Origin: an uncultured Desulfobacteraceae bacterium
GTDB taxonomy: Bacteria; Desulfobacterota; Desulfobacteria; Desulfobacterales; Desulfatirhabdiaceae
Length of the DNA stretch: 64,000 nucleotides
Assembly (NCBI GenBank): GCA_903839535.1
Contig: CAIMCT010000101.1
Coordinates: 69 to 64,068 of the forward strand
Reading direction: 5' to 3'
In this document: piece after piece, positions 33,819 through 43,327 of the stretch
How positions within the stretch are numbered: the first letter of the stretch is position 1
Layout of the letters: every line of letters starts with the position of its first letter
The notes under the pieces: generated by a model
What the model saw: only the letters and a program-made list of their open reading frames with translations
The model's database searches: none
What the model was told of the DNA's origin: nothing
Position numbers and translations under genes: made by a program

Positions 33819-35885
33819 ATGAAATTGAAAAGATATTTTTTTATAATGACCTGTGCTTTTATGCTTTTAATATCAGGCACGGCAAATGCTCAGCCTCAAC
33901 CCCCGGTATTAAGCGTCACAAATGGGAGTTGGGTGTACATCTCATGGACCGAGGTTTCGGGCGCAGCGGGTTATATCCTTACATTAGCCCCAATGCCCTA
34001 TACGGGTCCGGCATCGCTCGTTAGCATTGATATGGGAACTCAAAGAAGCTTGTCGGGTGGTGAACTTCCAGCCGGCTCCGCCTTCTATGTGGCGGTTCAG
34101 TCCCTCGATAGTTCAGGAGTAAGCCAATACTCCAATGTCGTATCGGTTATCATGGGATCATACCCGATTGCTGCGGATGTTTTCACGACAGTTCAGAAAA
34201 CGGTTTCACCCGTGGCATTGTCTTTGAACACGCCTCAGATTTCCCCGGCGGATATTTCTCTGTACGATATTTTCGGTTACAGCGCGTGGCAGGAAGGACC
34301 CGGTCTCTCTTTGGTTAAAAGGACGGATATTATGCCAGCCGGCTACTCGGGTGCATCGGTCATAAATGCGAATCGCCTTTTGCGTTTATTTACAATAACA
34401 GACATTCATATCACAGATAAAGAATCTCCGGCTCAGGTGATTTACTACGGTTGGTCCGCACCGCTTGGCACGGACGGCACCCTTTATATTGGCGCTTATT
34501 CTCCGATTATTTCCTATACAACTCATTTCCTCGACGCTGCTATCCAGACGGTCAATGCCCTCCACAATCAGACTCCGTTTGATTTCGGCATCTCTCTTGG
34601 CGATAATTGCAACAACACACAGTATAACGAACTGAGATGGTTTATCGATGTCATGGATGGCAAAGAAATCACCCCCAGTTCAGGGGCTCATCTTGGAGCG
34701 AACACGATTGATTATCAGAAACCCTACAAAGCAGCCGGACTCAACAAATTAATTCCCTGGTATCAGGTTGTTGGCAACCACGATCAGTATCTTACGGGTC
34801 TTTTGCGTGAGAGCGATTACATTAGAAGTCTCCATGTCGGTGATACGATCTTCAACTACAGCCTTGATTTCGCGTCACCAAGTCCTTATAACAAAGGTTA
34901 TTATATGGGCGTGGTCGATGGAACGACACCCGACGGGAATATCAGAGGCGCAGGGCCGGAAGCGTATTTCGCGACACCACCAAAGGTAGTCGCAGATCCA
35001 GACCGCCATTCTCTTAGCACAATAAATGTCGTGGGCAAAAGTATAACGGGCTCCTCGACGTTGAATTGGATGAATGAATTTTTTACTACCACGTCAAGTC
35101 CGGTGGGTCACGGATTCATGCAGACCAACATCGAAAACGACTTTGCCTGCTATACCTTCGATCCAAAAGCTAATATGCCGATCCGGGTCATTGCGCTCGA
35201 TGATACTTGCAAGGCAAATGTCAATGCGGAATTCCCTTATGATGGTATGGGTTGTATCGACCAAGCCCGGTACGAATGGCTTGTAAGAGAGCTTCAGAGA
35301 GGTCAGGACGATGGCATGCTCATGATCATCGCCGCTCATATACCGATCGCACCTCAAACGAGCCTTACGAATCCGACACCCACACCGATGTTCTACGTTC
35401 CCCCCACCACCGACCCCTACGTTCCTCCAGTCCGCGACCCCCATTCCATTAAAACCGATAATGAATTACTTGCCACACTCCACAACTATCCGAACCTCAT
35501 CCTGTGGATCGCAGGGCATCGTCATTTAAACGTCATAACGGCACAACCGTCCCCCGATTCCGCCCATCCCGAATACGGTTTCTGGGAAGTCGAAACCGCA
35601 TCGCTCAGGGACTTTCCCAAGCAGTTTCGCACTTTCGATATCGTCCGTAACAATGACAATACCATTTCAATAATTGCAGTAGATGTTGATCCCGCAGTCA
35701 AGGACGGATCTCTCGCGGAGCGATCGCTTTCGTATGCAATCGGGATTGGCAGGATATCGGTTGGCCTCTCCAGCTTCGAAGACACTACATCCCAGGCCTA
35801 TAATGCGGAGCTTGTCAAACAATTAAGTCCAGCGATGCAAACAAAGATCGCAAATTACGGATCGCCGATGGCGACCACCCAATGA
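33819..35885 (+). CDS. Secreted protein: shared leader module fused to a calcineurin-like metallophosphoesterase
   Basis: AAGGAG RBS and ATG at 33819 (the track start 33750 lies inside element C2). Metallophosphoesterase motifs ITDIH, GDNCNNTQYNE, VVGNHD, AAHIP, GHRH. Confidence 0.8.
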   Translation: MKLKRYFFIMTCAFMLLISGTANAQPQPPVLSVTNGSWVYISWTEVSGAAGYILTLAPMPYTGPASLVSIDMGTQRSLSGGELPAGSAFYVAVQSLDSSGVSQYSNVVSVIMGSYPIAADVFTTVQKTVSPVALSLNTPQISPADISLYDIFGYSAWQEGPGLSLVKRTDIMPAGYSGASVINANRLLRLFTITDIHITDKESPAQVIYYGWSAPLGTDGTLYIGAYSPIISYTTHFLDAAIQTVNALHNQTPFDFGISLGDNCNNTQYNELRWFIDVMDGKEITPSSGAHLGANTIDYQKPYKAAGLNKLIPWYQVVGNHDQYLTGLLRESDYIRSLHVGDTIFNYSLDFASPSPYNKGYYMGVVDGTTPDGNIRGAGPEAYFATPPKVVADPDRHSLSTINVVGKSITGSSTLNWMNEFFTTTSSPVGHGFMQTNIENDFACYTFDPKANMPIRVIALDDTCKANVNAEFPYDGMGCIDQARYEWLVRELQRGQDDGMLMIIAAHIPIAPQTSLTNPTPTPMFYVPPTTDPYVPPVRDPHSIKTDNELLATLHNYPNLILWIAGHRHLNVITAQPSPDSAHPEYGFWEVETASLRDFPKQFRTFDIVRNNDNTISIIAVDVDPAVKDGSLAERSLSYAIGIGRISVGLSSFEDTTSQAYNAELVKQLSPAMQTKIANYGSPMATTQ

Positions 35886-35890
35886 GCAAC

Positions 35891-35962
35891 TATACTGCGA
35901 ACGGACATAATTTACATTTTTGAACCCCGACCCCGCCCCGACCCTCCTCCGCTGGGGGAGGT
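35891..35962 (-). mobile_element. Repeat family B, partial copy B3 (one arm plus core)
   Basis: TATACTGCGAACGGACATAATTTAC...CCCCGACCCCGCCCCGACCCTCCTCCGCTGGGGGAGG. No second arm. Confidence 0.65.
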
Positions 35963-36060
35963 AGTTTATTGAAGTTTTGATGGTGGATGCACAAGAATAA
36001 GCCTAAGAATAGTATCAATTCACCTGCGAATATCTATAACAAAAAACAAAGGAGAACAGT

Positions 36061-38118
36061 ATGAAATTGAAAAAACATTTTATTGTAATGGCCTGTGCTT
36101 TTATGCTTTTGATATCAGCTACAGCTTATGCTCAGCCTCAACCCCCGGTGTTAAGCGTCACGAATGGAAGCTGGGTGTACCTTTCCTGGAACGAAGTCAC
36201 GGGCGCAACGGGTTATACTCTGACTTTTGCACCAATGCCCTATACTGGTCCGGCATCCCTCGTTAGCGTGGATATGGGAACTAAAAGAAGCTTGTCGGGT
36301 GGTGAACTTCCAGCCGGCTCCGCCTTCTATGTGGCGGTTCAATCCCTTGATAGTTCAGGAGTAAGCCAATACTCCAATGTCGTATCGGTTATCATGGGGT
36401 CATACCCGATTGCGGCGGATGTTTTCACGACAGTCCAGAATACGGTTTCCCCAATTGCATTGTCTTTGATCACGACACAGATTTCTCCTGCGGATCTCAC
36501 ACTGTACGATGTCTTCGGTTACAGTGCGTGGCAGGAAGGTCCCAGCCTGTCTGTGATCAAGCGGACCGACATTATGCCAGCCGGCTACTCGGGCGCATCG
36601 GTCACAAATACGGGTCGCCTTTTGAATTTCTTCTCCATGACCGACATCCATATAGCAGATAAAGAATCTCCAGCTCAGGGGAACTACTACGGCTGGTCCG
36701 CTACGTTTGGTTCAGATGCGTCGGGCGGCAACCATTCTTCAGCGTATTCACCGGTAATTTGCTATACGACTCAGGTTCTTGACACCGCCGTCCAGACGGT
36801 CAACGCCATTCACAATCAGAGGCCGTTTGATTTCGGTATTTTTCTTGGCGATGCGGTCAACAACACTCAGTATAACGAACTCAGATGGTATATCAATGTT
36901 CTGGATGGCAAGGAAATCACCCCCAGCTCCGGCAGTCACATCGGATCAGGCAATATCGATTACCAGAAACCCTACAAGGCGGCCGGACTCAACAAATCGA
37001 TCCCGTGGTATCAGGTCGTTGGCAACCACGATCAATTTTATATGGGTACCTTCCTTGTGAACGATTACATCCGGAATCTCTATGTCGGCGATACTATCCA
37101 AAACGCAAGCAGCAATATGAACCTAACCCCAAGCCCCGATAATCACGGTTATTATATGGGCGTGGTTGACGGTTCGACACCCGACGGGATCATCAGAGGT
37201 GTAGGACCGGAAGCGTACTTCACGTCACCCCCGAAGGTGATCGCCGATCCGCTCCGCCATTCGCTTAGCACGACAAATGTCTCGGGCGCCAGTACGTCAG
37301 GCTCCTCGACCTTGAATTGGATGAATGAATTCTTCAATACCACTTCAACTCCGGTGGGCCACGGATTTACACAAACCAATATCGAGAGCGACTTCGCCTG
37401 CTATACCTTCGAGCCGAAGACAAATATGCCGATCCGGGTAATCGTACTTGATGACACATGCAAGGCTAGTGCCAGTGCAAGTCCTCCTTATTATGCAAGG
37501 GGTTGTATCGATCAGATACGTTACGACTGGCTTGTAAGTGAACTTGATAGAGGTCAGGCCGAAGATATGCTCATGATCATCGCAGCGCATATACCGATCG
37601 GAGTGCAAACAAATCTCACAAATCCGGTGATAGAAAATATATTCTACGTACCGCCCACGCCTGATCCCCATTCCATTAAAACTGATAGCCAATTACTCGC
37701 CACGCTCCACAACTATCCGAATCTCATGCTGTGGATTGCAGGACATCGTCACATGAACACCATTACGCCACAACCGTCATCCGATCCAGCCCATCCTGAA
37801 TCCGGCTTCTGGGAGGTCGAAACCGCTTCGCTCAGGGATTTTCCCCAGCAGTTCCGCCGCTTCGATATCGTCCGCAACAGCGACAATACCATTTCAATCG
37901 TTGCAATAGATGTAGATCCAGCAGCCAAGGAAGGGTCGCTTGCAGATATATCTCGTTCGAAAGCAATCGGGATTGCAAGAATATTGGTTGGCCTGTCCAC
38001 CTTCGGCGATACCACGTCTCATGCCTACAATGCGGAGCTTGTAAAACAATTGACCCCTGCGATGCAGGCCAAGATCGCAAACTACGGATCGCCGATGGCG
38101 GGGACCACGGGTGATTAA
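36061..38118 (+). CDS. Secreted protein: shared leader module fused to a metallophosphoesterase (paralogue of 33819..35885)
   Basis: Collinear with the preceding gene over the full length (MTDIH, GDAVNNTQYNE, VVGNHD, AAHIP, GHRH). Confidence 0.8.
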   Translation: MKLKKHFIVMACAFMLLISATAYAQPQPPVLSVTNGSWVYLSWNEVTGATGYTLTFAPMPYTGPASLVSVDMGTKRSLSGGELPAGSAFYVAVQSLDSSGVSQYSNVVSVIMGSYPIAADVFTTVQNTVSPIALSLITTQISPADLTLYDVFGYSAWQEGPSLSVIKRTDIMPAGYSGASVTNTGRLLNFFSMTDIHIADKESPAQGNYYGWSATFGSDASGGNHSSAYSPVICYTTQVLDTAVQTVNAIHNQRPFDFGIFLGDAVNNTQYNELRWYINVLDGKEITPSSGSHIGSGNIDYQKPYKAAGLNKSIPWYQVVGNHDQFYMGTFLVNDYIRNLYVGDTIQNASSNMNLTPSPDNHGYYMGVVDGSTPDGIIRGVGPEAYFTSPPKVIADPLRHSLSTTNVSGASTSGSSTLNWMNEFFNTTSTPVGHGFTQTNIESDFACYTFEPKTNMPIRVIVLDDTCKASASASPPYYARGCIDQIRYDWLVSELDRGQAEDMLMIIAAHIPIGVQTNLTNPVIENIFYVPPTPDPHSIKTDSQLLATLHNYPNLMLWIAGHRHMNTITPQPSSDPAHPESGFWEVETASLRDFPQQFRRFDIVRNSDNTISIVAIDVDPAAKEGSLADISRSKAIGIARILVGLSTFGDTTSHAYNAELVKQLTPAMQAKIANYGSPMAGTTGD

Positions 38119-38129
38119 GATTGAATAAG

Positions 38130-38152
38130 GCTCGTCCTTTCTGAGGACGAGC
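38130..38152 (+). terminator. Stem-loop terminator candidate between paralogues 3 and 4
   Basis: GCTCGTCC-TTTCTGA-GGACGAGC, 12 nt after the stop. Followed by TTGACATAATGAA, a possible promoter for the next gene. Confidence 0.45.
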
Positions 38153-38193
38153 AGTTGACATAATGAACCAACATCAAAACGAAGGAGAACAGT

Positions 38194-40113
38194 ATGAAAT
38201 TTAAAAGGTGCCTTTTTGTAATGGTCTGTGCTTTTATGCTTTTAATATCAGGCACAGCTTATGCTCAGCCTCAACCCCCGGTGTTAAGCGTTACAAAGGG
38301 AAGTTGGTGGGTGTATCTTTCCTGGACAGAAGTTGTAGGAGCAACGGGTTATACCCTGTCTTACGCCCCAATGCCCTATACTGATCCGGCATCCATCGTG
38401 GCCGTGGATATGGGAACTCTAAGAAGCTTGTCTGTGGAACTTCCGGCTGGTGTCGCCTTCTATGCGGCAGTCCAGTTCCGCGATAGTACCGGCTTAAGCC
38501 AATACTCCAACATTGTATCGGTTATCGGAGGCTCATATCCCACCGACATAATTGCGCGCGCCGCTAAATTGCCGGCGAAAGACATGTCGCAGAGTCTGCT
38601 CTACGACAACCTGCTGGAATGGGAAAAAGCAGTGGTGGCCAAGATGGTGCAGGCAGCGGCCTACATGGATGCCGCATATTGGCGGCAAGTAGATCCGGAA
38701 GGTGAAAAGTTGTGGCGCAGCCTTGCTTGGGCAAGTACATCGCTTGAAAAAGCGGTTTACACGATGCTTGATGCCAACTACGGAAGGTGGGACAGGTTTC
38801 TGAATTTTGCATCCTTTGTCGGCGCAATTGAACGTCCTCCCGGAGGGTATGTCTATCCTGCTGATCTTACCAAAAGCGAGTTGGATGCCTACATCGCGGC
38901 CCATCCAATGGAAAAGGATGCTCTGCTAAACCCGTTCACCGTGGTGCGGCGCAGTGGCGAAAAACTGGTGACGATACCGTATCACCAAGAGTACGCAGAG
39001 TTTGTGGACCCCACCGCCTTGCTGCTGTTCGAGGCTGCGGAGCTTTCCCAAAATCCGACCTTGACCAAATACCTGCGTCTGCAAGCCCAGGCGCTGCGCA
39101 GCGACAATTACTACGAAGCCAACATTGCCTGGCTTGATCTGAACTGCAACATAGATGTCAGCATCGGACCGCATGAAATATATGACGACCAGCTTACCGG
39201 GCAGAAAGCGTTTTACAAGACCAATGTGTTGCTTGTGGATCAGTCAGCCGCAGCGCAGCTCGCAAAATACAAGTCAACCGGTCCGGCTCTGCAGGAAAAT
39301 CTGCCGGTTGACCCCAAATACAAACCTGTTTACAAGGCGGACACCATGATGCCGCTGCTCCTGGCGGATGACATACGCCGCTCCGGCCAGGGACGCGCCA
39401 TCATGGAACCGGTAGCCTTCAGTCTGCCCAACGACCCCAAGGTCTGGGCTGCCAAAGGCTCAAAAAAGGTGATGATGGGTAATTATCTGACCACCCGGCG
39501 CACTGTAGTGCTTGAACCCTTGGCGAAGGTCATCCTGGACCAGTCCGTGACCGCCATGATAGATCATGAAGCCTATTTCACCTGGGTGCTGATGCATGAG
39601 GTCTGTCATACCCTTGGGCCCAGAGAAGTCGTGAAAGGCGGTCAAACTGTGACACCAAGAGAGGCGCTGGGAGAATATTACTCTCCCATCGAAGAAGGCA
39701 AAGCCGATATCGGTGGCCTTTACAACATTCCCTATCTTATCAGCCATGGGCTTATCACTGCTCCACTTGAATGGCACTACGCCGGATTCATGGCGGAATC
39801 GCTCCGTTCGATCCGTTTCGGAATGGGTTCTCCTTATGGTGTCATACGTTCCGCCGCCTGGAACATATTTCTGGATAAGGGGGCTCTGGTGTACAACCCC
39901 GTCAGCAACCGCTTTAACATGGATGTACCCAAGATGACCGCTGCGATCCGTGAATTGCTGATCACCCTGATCACTATAGAAGGGGATGGGGACACTACTG
40001 CTGCAGCCAACCTTATCAATACATATTCCAACATTCGGCCCGAACTGAAGAAACTACTTGATGCGGCCGAAAATTCAGTGCCGCTGGAGTTCGTGCCAGT
40101 GTATGCGAAGTAG
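38194..40113 (+). CDS. Secreted protein: shared leader module fused to a DPP III (M49)-like zinc hydrolase domain
   Basis: Same signal peptide and FN3-like module. Then HEVCHTLGP (HExxH) and EEGKADIGG (EExKAD), as in the dipeptidyl-peptidase III / Nudix-associated family. Confidence 0.7.
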   Translation: MKFKRCLFVMVCAFMLLISGTAYAQPQPPVLSVTKGSWWVYLSWTEVVGATGYTLSYAPMPYTDPASIVAVDMGTLRSLSVELPAGVAFYAAVQFRDSTGLSQYSNIVSVIGGSYPTDIIARAAKLPAKDMSQSLLYDNLLEWEKAVVAKMVQAAAYMDAAYWRQVDPEGEKLWRSLAWASTSLEKAVYTMLDANYGRWDRFLNFASFVGAIERPPGGYVYPADLTKSELDAYIAAHPMEKDALLNPFTVVRRSGEKLVTIPYHQEYAEFVDPTALLLFEAAELSQNPTLTKYLRLQAQALRSDNYYEANIAWLDLNCNIDVSIGPHEIYDDQLTGQKAFYKTNVLLVDQSAAAQLAKYKSTGPALQENLPVDPKYKPVYKADTMMPLLLADDIRRSGQGRAIMEPVAFSLPNDPKVWAAKGSKKVMMGNYLTTRRTVVLEPLAKVILDQSVTAMIDHEAYFTWVLMHEVCHTLGPREVVKGGQTVTPREALGEYYSPIEEGKADIGGLYNIPYLISHGLITAPLEWHYAGFMAESLRSIRFGMGSPYGVIRSAAWNIFLDKGALVYNPVSNRFNMDVPKMTAAIRELLITLITIEGDGDTTAAANLINTYSNIRPELKKLLDAAENSVPLEFVPVYAK

Positions 40114-40142
40114 TTTTGATTTACTCGGCGCTTTCATCCTTC

Positions 40143-40290
40143 CGCATAGGTCCACAAGTTTTGGCATCTTCTGTTCGTATATGTCTAACCATTTGAAAAC
40201 AGGAGTTAATTTCAATTTTTCCTGATTATTAAATAAAAGTCTCAAATTCAGTAGGTTACGATAAAATACCAACACTTGTGGACCTATGCG
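40143..40290 (+). mobile_element. Repeat family C, full copy C3 (148-bp MITE-like element)
   Basis: Terminal inverted repeats CGCATAGGTCCACAAGTTTTGGCAT / ATACCAACACTTGTGGACCTATGCG, 30 nt after the stop of paralogue 4. Confidence 0.85.
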
Positions 40291-40292
40291 GG

Positions 40293-40476
40293 TTTGATGT
40301 AGGGCTTTGGCTTTAGGCCCTTTAGACGAGCAATTTCGTATTTCAGCAGTTGGATTTCTTCTGCCTGCTGCAGGTTGACAACTGATATTTGCTCGATAAT
40401 TCCCGACCAATTGCAAAATAACAGGAGTTTTTTCTTCATCAGGAATATTTGGCGTTTGTAAATTAATTAAGCTCAC
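40293..40476 (-). pseudogene. Frameshifted N-terminal remnant of a transposase-like protein
   Basis: MSLINLQTPNIPDEEKTPVILQLVGNYRANIS, then after a +1 shift VVNLQQAEEIQLLKYEIARLKGLKPKPYIKP. This is a leucine-zipper plus KG-x-KPKP pattern that I associate with IS transposase N-termini. It abuts element C3. Confidence 0.35.
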
Positions 40477-40661
40477 GGGCTATTTCACTAACAAACAAAA
40501 TTAATATTGTCCAGATATTTCTCATCTTTTATAAGAACTTTTTGAGATGTTACTAATTTACGTCTAAGAAAATTTGCTTGAATTGAGCATTGGCGGTACT
40601 TTAACTCCTGCAAGTGGTAAAGCCAGGCTATAGGATGAGTTTGTCCAAAGTCCAAATGATG

Positions 40662-42236
40662 TCACTGGTGCAGTATCATAATATCATCCGTGATGGTAAA
40701 GAGCTGTTCCAGACGGGTCAATTGCAGCAGCTTTAGCACTCCGTCCGTGGGTGCGCAGAGGATGCAGCTCTTGCCGTGTGCTATTACGGCCCGCTGAATT
40801 TTGACGAACAGCACCAGTCCGGAGCTATCAACAAAATTGAGTGCATGCAGATCCAGTAAGCAGTTGTGACCCGAAACCGCTACGCAAATTGCAGTTATAT
40901 CGAAGTTTTTGAGGCTAAGAGCGTCCAGCCGTCCCTCTATCGTGACAATGGCGGTACCATCTTTTTTGTATGTAACGGAGGATGGAAGTTCCTTCCCCGC
41001 AATTTTGGCTTGGTGCAAATCCATCGAATTCAGATATTGCTTCGCCAGTTGAAGATCGCGGAAACTATTATCTCCTATAAGATCGTCCAGTCTGCTTAGA
41101 GCAAATGTTCGGCGTATATCGTCATTCATACCGGCCATCAACAGCACTTTATTCAGATTCAATGCAGTGCGCCACATCTCAACAATAAACCCAAGCCCCA
41201 TGGAATCTATAAAAACCACCTGAGTGAAATCAAGGATCAGGGCATGTTCACTCTGCCAGATAGTTTCAATAGTGCTGCTCAGATTTCGCACTCCGAGGGC
41301 ATCAAGCCGCTCCGGAAGCGTCATCGATAATTTATCCACTTCAGAAGAAAGTAGCTGTTCAGGCTTTGTCGGTTCCACCTGCATTTTGGGGGCCCTCCAC
41401 GTTGGCTGATAGCAAGTAATAAGCCTTCGCTGTCGGTGATAATCCATAACTGCCGGCCAGAGTTGCAGACCAAAGGTCATGATTGCTCGCAAATAGCGCC
41501 GCCAAAGCCGTATCGGTTCGACCGCCAGTCGCCAAAGCCACTCCAGTCCGATCCGCTGTATTGCCAGCGGTGCGCGACTGATATCACCGGCAATGAAGGA
41601 AAAGGTTCCACCGATGCCAATGGAAAGCGGAACCTTCAGACGGGTGACGTTTCGTCTGAACCAGAGTTCCTGCTTGGGATTGCCGAAAGCAATTAAAAGG
41701 ATATCCGGTGCTGCGGCATTCACATCCGCCACGATAGCCGCGTCCTCTTCCTCATAAAATTCAAGATGTTCCCCTTCTGTATAGACTATTGGAGACAAAA
41801 CGCCGGCAATCTTCAGGCCTGGGTTGCGCTTCAGCAAGATATTGGCTGCTCGTTCTGCGGAATTGGTCTGCCCACCCAGAAAGTAGAGCGAAAGCCCCTC
41901 TCTCGCCGCCCGTGTTGCCAGAGCAGGAACCATATCGGCCCCTGTTACACGTTCCGGCAGAGGGTTTCGCAGCATCCTGGACAGCCAGACAATTGGCATT
42001 CCATCCGCTGTTACCAGATCAGCACGCCGCAGGATATCCAGCAGCTCGGCATGGCGAATCTCGCTTAATCGTTTGCCCATGGTTTGTACTATGAAATCCA
42101 CATTAACGGTTGCTACCAGCTTCGGTATTCCATCCCGGCGTGACTCCGCCACCAGGTCGACAATTTTATCCATCGCCTGGGATAAAGTCAGGCTATCGAT
42201 CGGCACCCCCAGGATTATGACACTGTCTCTTTGCAT
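40662..42236 (-). CDS. WecB/TagA/CpsF-family glycosyltransferase fused to two C-terminal STAS domains
   Basis: ILGVPID, ADLVTADGMPIVW, FLGGQ, FGNPKQELW and GLEWLWRLAVEPIRLWRRYL are TagA/WecG hallmarks. Then LDFTQVVFIDSMGLGFIVEMWR and LDLHALNFVDSSGLVLFVKIQR, which are STAS cores. Confidence 0.85.
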   Translation of the reverse strand: MQRDSVIILGVPIDSLTLSQAMDKIVDLVAESRRDGIPKLVATVNVDFIVQTMGKRLSEIRHAELLDILRRADLVTADGMPIVWLSRMLRNPLPERVTGADMVPALATRAAREGLSLYFLGGQTNSAERAANILLKRNPGLKIAGVLSPIVYTEGEHLEFYEEEDAAIVADVNAAAPDILLIAFGNPKQELWFRRNVTRLKVPLSIGIGGTFSFIAGDISRAPLAIQRIGLEWLWRLAVEPIRLWRRYLRAIMTFGLQLWPAVMDYHRQRRLITCYQPTWRAPKMQVEPTKPEQLLSSEVDKLSMTLPERLDALGVRNLSSTIETIWQSEHALILDFTQVVFIDSMGLGFIVEMWRTALNLNKVLLMAGMNDDIRRTFALSRLDDLIGDNSFRDLQLAKQYLNSMDLHQAKIAGKELPSSVTYKKDGTAIVTIEGRLDALSLKNFDITAICVAVSGHNCLLDLHALNFVDSSGLVLFVKIQRAVIAHGKSCILCAPTDGVLKLLQLTRLEQLFTITDDIMILHQ

Positions 42237-42284
42237 GTCAGTATGCTCCCTTTCAAAAAAGAATTATCTAAACAATGGATTTAA

Positions 42285-43274
42285 TCAGCTCCGTCGATTC
42301 ATCACCGGTCCTATCAGCGGCGACAGCAAATAACGCACAACTCCAAAAAACTGGGGATAGACAATAAATGAGGCATGCACGGCATAGACCAGAGCTACAC
42401 TGAAACTTGCGCTACAGCGCTTCATGGTGGCAGGAATGCGGGCAAGCGGTTTCAGAATCAATGCGAGCGCCAAGAGCAGAGCGATTGTAAACTGGTTGAG
42501 GATCACGCCAAGCAGGATCAGCAGCAGCGGCAGACAGGCTGTAACACAAATTCTCAGAAGTTCACGCAACCAGAGTTTTTCCGGTGAATGCAGATAGCGC
42601 AAACCCACCTCGGCGTAGGCATGTCCACTGCGGAAGGCGCGTTTCCAGTATTGCATAAATCTCGTCATGTTCAGGTCATGCAGCGTCATGTCGGCTGCAA
42701 TACGCAAGATGATCCACCCCTGCTGACGCAGGCGGCAGCTCAGGTCTGGTTCTTCTCCGGCCACCAGCAGTTCATCAAATCCACCGGATGTGGCCAGCGG
42801 TTCCCGTCTTGCCAGAAAATCCCCCCCGAAATAGCGGCAAGGTCCCTGCTCGTAGAACCACTCCACCGATGCGATTCGGTGATACTGATTCAAATCGGGG
42901 CGACGCTCGCTACGCTTGCCGCAGACCGCCACAATTTTTTTGTCAAAATGGGCAAGAGCAGTTTTCAGCCAGTCGCGGTGTATAAGCGTGTCGGCATCAA
43001 GGAACTGGATGAAGGGCGCTGTCGCCTCAAAAATACCGGCGTTACGCCCTCTGCCGGGGGTCGGCGAAGGGTGGTCGAGTTGTATCACGCGAATACCAGC
43101 ATGATTACCGATTGTAACGCTGCGATCTGTTGAGCCGCCATCGACATAGATGATGTTCAGCAATTCTTGCGGATAATCGGCATCACGAATTGAGGTTATG
43201 CAGTCATACAAGTAGCGCTCGACATTGATACCGATGATAACAACGTCAATGGGTGGTAATGGATCAGGGAACAT
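42285..43274 (-). CDS. Family 2 glycosyltransferase with C-terminal membrane segments
   Basis: IDVVIIGINVERYLYDCITSI...VDGGSTDRS...LDADT. ATG at 43274 is preceded by AGGAAAG. Confidence 0.8.
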   Translation of the reverse strand: MFPDPLPPIDVVIIGINVERYLYDCITSIRDADYPQELLNIIYVDGGSTDRSVTIGNHAGIRVIQLDHPSPTPGRGRNAGIFEATAPFIQFLDADTLIHRDWLKTALAHFDKKIVAVCGKRSERRPDLNQYHRIASVEWFYEQGPCRYFGGDFLARREPLATSGGFDELLVAGEEPDLSCRLRQQGWIILRIAADMTLHDLNMTRFMQYWKRAFRSGHAYAEVGLRYLHSPEKLWLRELLRICVTACLPLLLILLGVILNQFTIALLLALALILKPLARIPATMKRCSASFSVALVYAVHASFIVYPQFFGVVRYLLSPLIGPVMNRRS

Positions 43275-43327
43275 AGCCGCTTTCCTGTGATGTGGCGGTT
43301 TTGTGGGCTGGAGAGCTACCCCCACGT

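Noticed and set aside
40075-40476. 133-aa minus-strand ORF treated as a gene
   Set aside because: Two thirds of it is read through element C3 and the 3' end of the fourth hydrolase gene. Only the first ~60 codons resemble a transposase N-terminus, and then only with a frameshift, so it is called a remnant.
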